Of a stretch of DNA of 64,000 nt, positions 53,709 through 64,000 are shown piece by piece. Positions within the stretch are counted from its first letter, which is position 1, and each line of letters opens with the position of its first letter. Below the pieces are notes generated by a model. That model saw only the letters and a list, made by a program, of their open reading frames with translations, was not told where the DNA came from and did no database searches. This DNA is from Octopus vulgaris (lineage: Eukaryota), in the NCBI GenBank assembly GCA_951406725.2, contig OX597819.1, forward strand, positions 34,224,001 to 34,288,000, written 5' to 3'. The translations under genes were made by a program, and so were the position numbers.

Positions 53709-53992
53709 TAAATTAGAGACAAAACCACTATTATGCAAATCAAACAAAGAAAGACTTAATCCAATACATAAATTAATTTATATTATTTATAAATTTAACA
53801 ATTATTAATATCCACTACGATCGTTTCATGTCTTCTTTTCATCACATCTTTGAGTAGTAGAGTTGTTTGATTTGCATAATAGTGGTTTTGTCTCTAATTT
53901 AATATAATATAATATTTTACTATAAAATTGGATTCAATCCTAAATCTGATTTTTCCCTGTAAGTTTGGATTTATTCCCTAATATTTATTATT
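53701..53992. mobile_element. Penelope-like terminus with partial inverted duplication in (TA)n
   Basis: ~47-bp arms TATTATATTAAATTAGAGACAAAACCACTATTATGCAAATCAAACAA. Minus strand has ATGT..ACAT-GAAAC-GATC-GTA at 53812-53860. Homologous to 8035-8348. Confidence 0.75.
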
Positions 53993-54147
53993 ATATATAT
54001 ATATATATATATTTATATAATTAGGGCTCAGTAAAATAATTAGGGCTCAATAACATAATATTTTGAATACACCTTGAATGGTCCTTTTACATACTGAACA
54101 CTACTTGGTGAAATTAATTAATAATTAATTGATTTTACCTTAATCAT

Positions 54148-54214
<67 letters not shown>

Positions 54215-54840
54215 TACATATGTGTATGTCTGTGTGTGTTTGTTTATATCTCTGCTGCTTACCAATTCAGCAAAAAGGGAGTATGGTGGAATAAGTTACA
54301 GACTTAGACAAGTACCAGGCTTTGATTCAATCAATTAAAACAAAAAAGGCAGTGCTCCAGTATGACCACAAACTAACCAGTAAGTGAAACTAGTAAAAGC
54401 AAGAATAAAAAGAAAAGAATGTGCTTATAATAGTGTCTTCAGCTGGCTGGTAAATCTTGCCCAGTTCCCTTGGAATCTCTGAAAATGTTCTGGTATTCCG
54501 ATAATGGTGTTTCATATCCAACAATATTGTATTCCAGTAATTTTCTACTACTCTTACTTACCATTAACAGATGCTTTACCATTGAACCTGTAACTTCAAA
54601 TTATGTGTTGATATTGATGACAACTATGATGATGATGATGATGACGAGCGATCTACTATTTTTTGCAATATTCTATTGTTACAAGAATATTCTATTATTA
54701 CAATTATGTTCCATAAATATTCCTAACGTTTTACCCTCCAATAGTTTTCCCCCCATTTCATATTGGTAAATGACAGAAAAGATTATTTCAAGACAATGGT
54801 TTACTTTAGTTTTCTACCTTCTATACACCATTCATGTTGT

Positions 54841-54877
<37 letters not shown>

Positions 54878-55261
54878 GCTTTTGCTGTTTAATATTCCAC
54901 ACCTACTTTCCACCACCACCACCACCACCACACCACTTTCTTATCCTTCTTGCTTGCTATCAGGGACTGCAATGAGCTTCAAATTACAAACATTGGCTAG
55001 TGTTGTCAAAACAAATATTTTTACACATGTTAATTTCTGGTTAAGATAATTACAATTCCTTATACCGAATACATAACACTAACCGCAACTGCAACACTAA
55101 CTTCACAGTGGATTTCTTCTTTTTTGTTATCTTTTATCTTTTACTTGTTTCAATCATTAGACTGTGGCCATGGTGGGGAATTGTCTTGAAGAATTTTTTC
55201 AATCAAATGAATCAGCCCTAGCATTTAGTTATTTCTTATTTTGAAACCTGGTACATAGTCT

Positions 55262-55375
55262 GCCCCAGTGGCCCAATCAGTTAGCGCACCATACTTATAG
55301 ACAGTATCTTCCTAGTGTTAATTCATAAGTCAGAAAATAAGCAGAGGTTGTAAGTTCAAGTTCACAGGCAGTGGT
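55262..55375 (+). pseudogene. Intron-containing tRNA-Ile(UAU) pseudogene (unspliced)
   Basis: GCCCCAGTGGCCCAATCAGTTAGCGCACCATACTTATA | 39-nt intron starting GACAGTA | AAGCAGAGGTTGTAAGTTCAAG, colinear with metazoan tRNA-Ile-TAT. Anticodon TAT at 55296-55298; stems are damaged. Confidence 0.8.
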
Positions 55376-55655
55376 ATCATTTATCTTTTTAAAAGGCAGT
55401 GCTGCAGCATGGCCCCAGTAACAGAATAAAAGAATAAAAGAATTCTATCGGTGTCTTTTGCCAAACTGTGAAGTTATGGGACATAAATACACCAATATAT
55501 AGACACATATAAACAGTTAAGTGCAATGCAATACCATAAAGGAAAAATTCAACCTTCACTAAATGTGACTAAGGCTGCCAAGACACCTACATTACTAGAA
55601 ATAAGAGTTAAAATACTCATAATGCTGTAGGAAGCATGCAAATATATACACACAT

Positions 55656-55687
<32 letters not shown>

Positions 55688-55901
55688 CAGGCTTCTTTTG
55701 GTTTCCTTCTAACAAATCTAATCACAAGGCTATGGTCACTTTTGGGCTATAGTAGAAAACACTTGCCTAAGTTACCATGCAGTGGGATTAAACCCAAGAT
55801 CAAATATTTGGGAAAAAAGCTTCTTAATCCCAGTCATGCATGCACCTGTATTTACTTACAGATTCCTTCTTCACTAACTCAGCAAGTGTATTGCAAACTG
55901 T

Positions 55902-55946
55902 GTTTTGCTGATGAGGTAAGAATAATACTGAAACATGTCCATAATT
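55902..55946 (+). ncRNA. Minimal hammerhead ribozyme candidate with canonical core
   Basis: CTGATGA-GGTA-agaataa-TACT-GAAAC-AT-GTC with palindrome ACATGT. Stem I is imperfect (GTTTTG/CATAAT). Confidence 0.6.
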
Positions 55947-56139
55947 TCTTGCAATGCTTGTTAGAAAAACTAAAATAATATAAATACTTGATTACATTAA
56001 TGTTTTTCATCTCATCCATTAATTTCTATAAGGTGTATACACCTTCATGTATATTCATTCTTAAAACATTCTAGCAGATGTGAACATGAACAAAGCTTTT
56101 CAGTGTTAGATTATCATTAGAGAATGATTTCTCCTTTTA

Positions 56140-56285
56140 AATGATGTGTGTAAACAACACATTTGCTCCAGTTACATCAGCAAACTCTGACACCTGTATT
56201 TCAATATGGTTGTCCCTCCTCAGAACTCTGGGGCCAGATGGGGACAATTGTTTCTATCTGTAACAAATGTGTTGTTTACATCATT
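56140..56285. repeat. Inverted repeat with a 17-bp perfect core
   Basis: TGTAAACAACACATTTG (56149-56165) / CAAATGTGTTGTTTACA (56264-56280), extendable with bulges. Confidence 0.8.
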
Positions 56286-56439
56286 ATTTTGATTTTCACT
56301 ATTATGTGTACGATGATGTGTGCAATTTAGCAGCTTGTAGGATACAAACCCTCATCTTCTGTTAACACAAAAGACTTTCTATTATTGGACCGAAATATTC
56401 CATTTTAGAAGTTTGTTCTCACTAGCAAGAATTGTATGT

Positions 56440-56830
56440 TATCTTTTATCTGTTTCAGTCATTAGACTGCAGCCATGTTGTGGCATTGCTTTGAAGATCT
56501 TTTAGTCAAATGAATCAACCCCAGTAATTACATTTTTTTAAAGCCTGACACTTACTCTATCAGTCTCTCTTTGTTGAACTGTTAAGTTACAAGGACGTAA
56601 ACAAACCAACACAAGTTGTCAAGCAGTGGTAGGAGACATACAAAGATCCAAAGATACACACACATAGATAGATAGATAAATAGGCTTCTTTTATTTTCTA
56701 CCTACCAAATCCACCCACAAGGCTTTGGTCAGCCCAAGGCTATAGTAAAAGACACTTGCCCAAGGTGTTACACAGTGGGACTGAACCCAGAACCATGTGG
56801 TTGGGAAGCAAGCTTCTTACCACACAGCTA
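56440..56830 (-). mobile_element. SINE family A (older); further copies at ~20150-20510, 28510-29160, 55130-55845, 59590-60082
   Basis: Consensus motifs present. Confidence 0.85.
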
Positions 56831-57023
56831 AGTCTGTTATATCATAGAAGAACTCCAAGACAATATGGAATAATTCATTTTTAATTGAAGAACTCAAAAT
56901 AAATCAAGCTATAAATGATGTTGCAGTTGTTGCCAATGATGGCAATGAAAAGGACAACAACAACAACAACGATGATGATAATGATGATGATGATGAGTGT
57001 AGTTAGTTATTTATAAATTGACA

Positions 57024-57112
57024 CTTTACCTGTAACTGCACACCTACTACACTAAATGTGAGTACTCACCTGTAATGTAGAAAAAAAAAGAAAGAAAAAA
57101 GATATAAATTAG
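57024..57112 (-). promoter_or_regulatory. Candidate recursive splice site with a 40-nt RS-exon
   Basis: Minus strand: CTAAT branch-like motif, ~23-nt pyrimidine tract, ACATTACAG|GTGAGTA, then CAG|GTAAAG 40 nt downstream. Confidence 0.6.
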
Positions 57113-57211
57113 CAATTAGTGAAAATATATGAAATGATTCATCTAAAACTTTCAATATGTAAAACAATACAAATGTCAACTGGTTTATAGTTGTAAGGAG
57201 ATCTTTACTGT

Positions 57212-57298
57212 TAAGAGTTTACTTTACGTCAAGGACAATGTAAGAGTTCACTTAATGTCGAGGACAATTTAAGAGGTCACTTAATGCCAAAGGTAAAT
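57212..57298. repeat. Minisatellite, 3 x 29 bp
   Basis: TAAGAGTTTACTTTACGTCAAGGACAATG / TAAGAGTTCACTTAATGTCGAGGACAATT / TAAGAGGTCACTTAATGCCAAAGGTAAAT. Confidence 0.85.
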
Positions 57299-57555
57299 TA
57301 ACTTTAACTCTACCAAGAACCAATAAAATAAAACTGGAACGGTTCGATAACTGGTATTGGTGGAATTGGTGAAATGATAGAGAAGAATTTTATATATATA
57401 CATATATATGTTTGATGCTGGTGCCACATAAAAGGCATCCAGCTATAGAAACTATGCCAAAACAAACTATGGAACCTGGTGCAGCCTCTGGTCTTGCCAG
57501 TTCCTGTCAAGCCATCCAACCCATGCCAACATGGAAAACAGGCATTAAGTGTTAA

Positions 57556-57589
<34 letters not shown>

Positions 57590-57593
<4 letters not shown>

Positions 57594-57739
57594 AGAGTTT
57601 ACGAAAAAAACAAAAGACGAAGACAGATGGTGTACAAAACAAACAGGTGTATTAGTATAGCGCTCAGGAATAGAAAAAGTCTTTTATGTTTCGAGCCTAT
57701 GCTCTTCTACAGAAAGGGACACAGAAAAAACAAGGAGAG

Positions 57740-57742
<3 letters not shown>
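57590..57742 (-). mobile_element. P1 Penelope-like fragment in (TA)n
   Basis: Minus strand reads CTTT-CTGTAGA-AGAGC-ATAG-GCTC-GAAACATA-AAAG. Confidence 0.7.
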
Positions 57743-57828
<86 letters not shown>

Positions 57829-58991
57829 TCATTCACACACACACACATAGTGTGATCTACAGAAAAATAGGTGGCATGCAAAAAAAGAGCACGTGAGCTT
57901 CATCTCAACTTCAGATGAAACACTAGATTAGAAAGATTGGTGCCATAAAGGCAAGCATACAGTATTAGCTGGTAGGTACTAAAACATTTTACACTGACAG
58001 AAATCAATATATTATTTGTAGATTTTTTTTCTTTATCAGTGTTGATCAGAGACAGTTTGTGTTTGAATATGTAAGTAAAGACATTCAGTGGAAGTGATTG
58101 AGGTCAGCACTAACTGATAAGCTCGATGTGTGTTTATAGGATCATTCTGCTTTCAGAAAACTATTTAAGAAGGGAAGATCAAAGAGTATATAGAATTTTA
58201 TCTTCAGAAACAGTGTGAATATTTTTATAAATATCCCATATAAGAAATACCGAAATTTTAATGGATATCATGCATAAGAAATATCAAACCTTTACAAGAG
58301 GTGATAGTAGTTAATCTCAAATATATGCGGTCATGGGGCGGGGTGGGGTAGAATCTCAAACAGCAATCAAGTTTAGAGGTAAAATTTGATAGAAATGTGT
58401 CAATTTGTCATCCTAAGAAGACATGAAGATAGAAACTTACTATCCAATTTTGTATGTGATATAACTACATAATAACTTCTAAGTTCAGGTGATAAATTGA
58501 AGCTCTATATCATCAAATTTAAAATAAAATTTGTTAACAAAATGCTAATACAAATATATTATTTATTATTTCAAAGACATTGAAGTTGGCTTTCACATTT
58601 GGTTTTGTATGCATGCATGTAAGTATGCATGCAAAGCATAGTAATTCTATTTTCCATGAGTAAGGAACAGAGTCAAACAGCTTCATGTAATCAAGCCATA
58701 GAGTCAGAAGATTTGGCAGTGTTGCCTTGTTTCCTTAAGGACAACTTTGTCAAGAAGGAACTGTTCAACAACTCTAGCCCACGTTCTTCCCTCCTGCCTG
58801 CTCTTCAATTATCTCATGCGTTTCACTGTGATCTTGGGGAAATGCTTTCAAGCAACTTATGTATAATTCATATATATCACGTTCAAGTACACTATGGGCC
58901 TGTATTTTTAGGCCATATGTATCTCCTGGATCTTAACTATTTGTGTTTACATGCAACTGCCAATAAGTTTGACACATCAATTTCAGCATTT

Positions 58992-59190
58992 TGACAGAAA
59001 CATTAGCATGCCGAGTGAAATGCTTAGCGGTATTTCATCTGTTCTTACGTCCTGAGTTCAAATTTTGTCGAGGTCGACTTTACCTTTCATCCTTTCAGGG
59101 TCGATAAAATAAGTACCAGTTATGCAATCGACTTAATCCCTTTGTTTGCCCCCTCTGTATTTAGCCCCTTGTGGGCAATAAAGAAACAAA
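58992..59190 (+). mobile_element. SINE family B (others at ~1638-1770, 27340-27550, 44390-44580, 62285-62505, 63195-63400, 63415-63570)
   Basis: Matches the 16266 consensus; AATTTCAGCATTT occurs on both flanks (TSD-like). Confidence 0.88.
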
Positions 59191-59838
59191 TTTCAGCATT
59201 TATTGCTATTTACAACAGATTACCAAGAGCTATAATTGTAGAATATGATCTTTATATACTAATAACTGACTATCATATCTCTCTCATTTGATAGTTTTGC
59301 AGCAGCCATCTAGAAAATTTTACTGTTGATATTATAAGTTTCAGGACAGACATTTACATAGTTCTACATTATCCTCAGTGATGGAATGTGACTCATCTAG
59401 CCACAGTACCTTACAGCTGTCTTATTTTTTCACATTCCAGATTCCTCTTTAAAACGACTGTAGATTATCCTGACGAGGTGCTTTTACAACCTTACAGTTT
59501 TCATTTAAGACAAAAGAAGATTGCCCTTGATCCAATACACCATTTGTGGGTTCAGTGCAAAGTCATCAATCACAGTAGTCTTTCTTTTGTTTTATTTATT
59601 TTACCTGTTTCAGTCCTCAGATTGTGGCTATGCTGGGGCACCACTTTTAAGAATTTTTAATCGAATGTATCAACCCCTGTACTTATATATATATATATAT
59701 ATATTTCTTTTTTTTTTTTTTGTTAATTCCTGGTACTTATTCTATTGGACTCTTTTGTTGAGTGGTAAGTTATGAGGATGTAAACACACCAGCACCAGCT
59801 GTCAAGCGGTGGTGGGATACAAACGAGGACACACACAG

Positions 59839-59884
<46 letters not shown>

Positions 59885-60724
59885 ACGCACACACACACAC
59901 ATGCACGCACACACACACATATATACAGTGGGCTTCTTCCAGTTTCTGTCAACCAAATCCACTCACTTGAGTTGGCCCAAGACTATAGTAGAAGACAACT
60001 GCCCAAGGTGTCATGCAGTGGAACTGAACCCAGAACCATGTGGTTGGGAAACAAGCTTCTTACCACACAGCTACGCCTGCACCAATTAAAAACTTTCACT
60101 TACTACTCACAGTTAATGTTTAAGCATGATTAGATTGCCCATTTGTGTCTTGTGTTGACAGTTACCATAGATTTTAGACTGGGTATTCATGAATTTATCA
60201 TTTACTTTGCACTTAATGATAGCATCTAGCTGTCAAATATTTTTTCAGAGTCTGTCAATATTTTACTGAAGGGAGGGAATCCATTTTGACTGTTTCTTTT
60301 CATAACACTGTAACAAAATTTTTTATTTATTTTGGTTTTTTTTTGTCTTTGGTCGGTAAGTGTTATTTCCTATTCGTTTCTACCTACAAATCAAAGGAAA
60401 TGACTACTATTCCTTTCAAACTTTGTTTCAGTAACCTGGACATCAATGTTTTCAAACTGACCTATTTTCCATTACATTTCAGACAGTTTCAGCACTGAGA
60501 TGCTGAAGCAGAAATATCGTTATAGCAAATATTCTGCTCAATACCACAGAGCATGTCCCTTAGTGGCTGGACAATATGTGCATCTCTGATTATGAGCAAA
60601 GTTTGAAGAAAGTATTAACCATTTTTTGTGCTTTCTAGGAGTAAGCAAATAGGAAACAGCAGTTGCTACCCAAGGATAAACATCATGTTACCCAGTGAAA
60701 TTGATCTTTGTTACTCACATCTGT

Positions 60725-61088
60725 TGTGACTTCCTTCGGTCATGAATGACCATGGAATTGCACCTAGAAAGTTACCCTCCGAGACACAAGTCTGGGCAAG
60801 GTTGTATATGGAAGACCAGCAGTCGCCCATGCATACCAGTCTCCCCTCTCCACTCCACCGATGTTATCCAAGGGAAAGACAAAGAGTGTGACAAGTCTGG
60901 CCCTTTGAAATATAGGTACAACAGAAACAGGAAGAAAGAGTGAGAGAAAGTTGTGGTGAAAGAGTACAGCAGGGTTCACCACCATCTCCTGCCAGAGCCT
61001 CGTGGAACTTTAGGTGTTTTCGCTCAATAAACACTCACAATGCCCGGTCTGGGAATTGAAACCGCAATCCTCCAACCGCTGCCCTAAC
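60725..61088 (-). mobile_element. SINE family C with tail type 4
   Basis: Family C head; tail matches 6495-6622; TSD CACATCTGT on both sides. Confidence 0.88.
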
Positions 61089-62009
61089 CACTGGGCCATT
61101 GCACCTCCACATCTGTAGGTGAATGGTAATTGCAGCACAGAATAGAAGAACATTCAATATCCAAAATATGGGATTTTGATCTCCCTTAGCTACTTGATCC
61201 ATCCCAGATAACACCATGATGGAAGGTTTTCTATCAATTTGTGTGGAAATTGTTCTCTCATGGAATTCTTTATTAGTGCTGTTAATTGTGTTTACTTTCA
61301 GTTGTTTACATTCTACACTCATTACTTCTCTTTCATCATAATTGATTACTGCTTGCTCATGTAATGGCAGAGGGTTCATCTCAGTTTTATTGTTATCCCA
61401 ATAGTCATGATCTGTATTGCTTGTGTTTTTCTCAGGAGGAAAATTCACTGACCTGATCTGACTCTTATTTACTCTGCAATTTTATAGGTCTATAGAGATA
61501 ACTGCAAATTTTTTCTCAGCAAAGGTTGCTTGCTATTGTGTCCATGTAACTATTTGGCACTAAAGTCTGAGAAGTGTGTATGGGGGAGGGGTCGTTTAAA
61601 TCCCTATCACTTTTCATTCTTTGCATGTAATCAATTGAGGGATCTTCCCAAATCATTTTTATAGAATTGATACAGGTCTAAGTTCAGTTCAAAAGTTCAC
61701 TGAAATTTCAAGGTCTGTGATAGTTGATCTCATTCTCCTCTCAACCGCAGTGTATGTAGTATTAATTTCATGCATTGAGTTTCAGCTAATTTTTTCCCCT
61801 TGCTTACAGCTACTGAAGAATTGACCAACATTTTAACACTAACAAAAATATGTATTATGTTACAAAGATGGTGACTGCCATTAAACTCTGGATGAACAGA
61901 ATTACAGAAGAATTAACAGCTTTTAATTCTCATGAAAATGCATATTATTTTCCACTACTACTACTACTACGACTACTACTACTACGACTACTACTACTAC
62001 TACTACTAC

Positions 62010-62044
<35 letters not shown>

Positions 62045-62052
62045 GTAATATA

Positions 62053-62275
62053 AAAGTGATGCCAGTGGTGATCAGAGCATTGGGCTCAATCCCATTGAAA
62101 TTTCAAGACTTCTTAAGGTAACTGGTAATCCCATGCAAGATTGATGTCTTGCAAAAAGTAGCCTTATTGGGTACAGTGCATATCTTAAGGAAAGTATTAT
62201 CTGTCAGAGGTCCTTGTTGTGACTTGACAGATGACTAAAAACCTACACTGTGTTACAAAGGAATAATAATAATAA
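62053..62275 (+). mobile_element. 3' end of an R4/Dong-clade retrotransposon in (TAA)n
   Basis: Translates KVMPVVIRALGSIP...LQKVALLGTVHILRKVLS; bounded by TAA repeats. Confidence 0.85.
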
Positions 62276-62512
62276 TGATTTTAATTCTTTCTACTAAAGG
62301 CACAAGACCTGAAATTTGGAGGAAGGTGGAGAGGATTAGTCGATTACATTGACCCCAGTGTTTCAGTGGTATTTAATTTACTAACCTTGAAAGGATGAAA
62401 GGCAAAGTCAACCTCAGCAGAATTTGAACTCAGAACATAAAGACAGATGATGAAATACTGCTAAGCATTTTACCTGGGATGCTAACCATTCTGCCAGCTT
62501 GATGCCTTAATG

Positions 62513-62585
<73 letters not shown>

Positions 62586-62587
<2 letters not shown>

Positions 62588-63144
62588 GCCCTGATGCAGT
62601 ACCAGGCAGTGGCTCTCATGGTTTCTCATCTTAACTAATTGGAAGTGCTATCATGTACTTTGTTTTGTCTTGGTATAAAAGATGGGCCACAGTAAATATT
62701 CTGCTCAATACCACAGATTTGCTTGTCTGTTGCTTGACCTTAAGCAGTTGACCATGTCCCTTAGTGGCTGACGATATGTGCATCTTTGATCATGAGCAGA
62801 AGTAGTGGGGGAGCTTGACAGCTATGTGTTGAGAGGAATTCTTTGGGGTTTAGATAATTCACCTCTGGAACCATAGGTGTTTCATTCAACATCCTTAAAC
62901 AACTCTTATTCAGGGACCTTTTGAGTGGAATGGGCTACTCAACCTGAAGAAAGTTCTAACTGGGCCCCACCTGCAAGGTCATACACTGTTTATCTTGATA
63001 TGAGATCACCATGTCACACACATATGGTTGTGATGCATGTGCCTGATGTACCCTTATCAGACGGGTAATCATGATGGGTATACTGGGCTTCATATATTTT
63101 ACCCCATTGTCACTTCGATAGCATGCTCTGCTCTCTCACTCAAA

Positions 63145-63145
<1 letters not shown>
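62586..63145. mobile_element. ~560-bp non-coding element flanked by (TAA)n on both sides; partial copy at ~60520-60600
   Basis: Sharp boundaries inside the TAA tracts. Shares AAATATTCTGCTCAATACCACAGA..CATGTCCCTTAGTGGCTG with 60525. Confidence 0.7.
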
Positions 63146-63190
<45 letters not shown>

Positions 63191-63789
63191 GTTTCAGATA
63201 TTGACACAAGGTCAGCAATTTCAGGGAAGCAGCTAAGTTGATTATATCGACCCCAGTGCTCAGCTGGTACTTATTTTATCCACCCAAAAGGAGAGAAGAC
63301 AAAGCTGATGTCAGTGGAATTTGAACTCAGATTGTAAAGACAGATGAAATGCCACCAAACATTTTGTCTGGCATACTAGCGATTCTGCCAGCTCATTGCC
63401 TTATATATGCAAACCTTCTGTGTTCAAATTCCATCGCGGTCGACTTTGCCTTTCATCCTTTAGGGGTCCAGGAAATAATTACCAGTTGAACATGGTGGGG
63501 AGGGCGATGCAATTGACTTAACCCCATCAACCAAAATTGCTGGCCTTGTGCCAAAATTTGAAATCAATATTATTTCCACATATGCAGTAAATGATAGCAA
63601 GTGATTTGACTGGCCAAAAGAAATTTAGTAAATTGTACATTTTAGTAAGTAATGCAATTTAAAAATAAAAAATTCAACAAATTCTTTTTTTAGAAAACAA
63701 AAGATCACATTTATACATACACACACACACACACACACACACGCACATACATACAGCATCACATTGTATTTGAATATTAGCTTAAAAGC

Positions 63790-64000
63790 CATACTCCTGC
63801 AGAGGACTAATTGGGCCTGCAGCCCAAAACTAAGGAGCGCAATAATAGTAATAAAGCATTTATTGGTACCTTACCAAATATGGTAATACCCCTGACCAAC
63901 ATGGTATTACTTTAAATTCAGTTTAAATGAAAAACTTGTAAGTTCACAAATTTTGGGAGTTCTTTTAAAATTTGAATTTTCAACTGTTAGCATATAACAA
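63790..64000 (-). mobile_element. Helitron-like family H2, 3' part (truncated by window end)
   Basis: Reverse complement of 44150-44335. Confidence 0.7.

Noticed and set aside
59455-59500. ACTGTA-GATTATC-CTGACGA-GGT..ACC-TTACAGT type III hammerhead-like layout
   Set aside because: The essential GAAA is missing.

Overview
This is an AT-rich, repeat-saturated eukaryotic window. I find no intact host protein-coding exon, and it is most likely intronic DNA from an octopod cephalopod (inferred from the SINE families and the density of microsatellites; not verifiable here). Position 1 is a perfect GTAAGT splice donor. The window contains: (i) dozens of copies of three tRNA-derived SINE families with shuffled heads and tails; (ii) RTE, HERO-like and R4/Dong-like LINE fragments; (iii) a nearly full-length Tc1 (DD34E) element, a decayed Tc1, a mariner 5' end and a pogo/Tigger relic; (iv) non-autonomous Helitrons, piggyBac-like MITEs and other MITEs; (v) many Penelope-like terminal fragments, several in (TA)n tracts, carrying minimal hammerhead-ribozyme folds, some with non-canonical cores (G3:C8 swap, A6U). 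The most notable non-TE signal is a textbook recursive-splice-site/RS-exon motif on the minus strand at 57030-57112. Also notable are a retroposed intron-containing pre-tRNA-Ile(UAU) fused to a SINE tail, and a perfect ETS-CRE motif plus a 5'UTR intron in the Tc1. Almost all ORFs in the supplied track are microsatellite or SINE translation artefacts. Boundaries of degenerate repeats were read by eye and are approximate.
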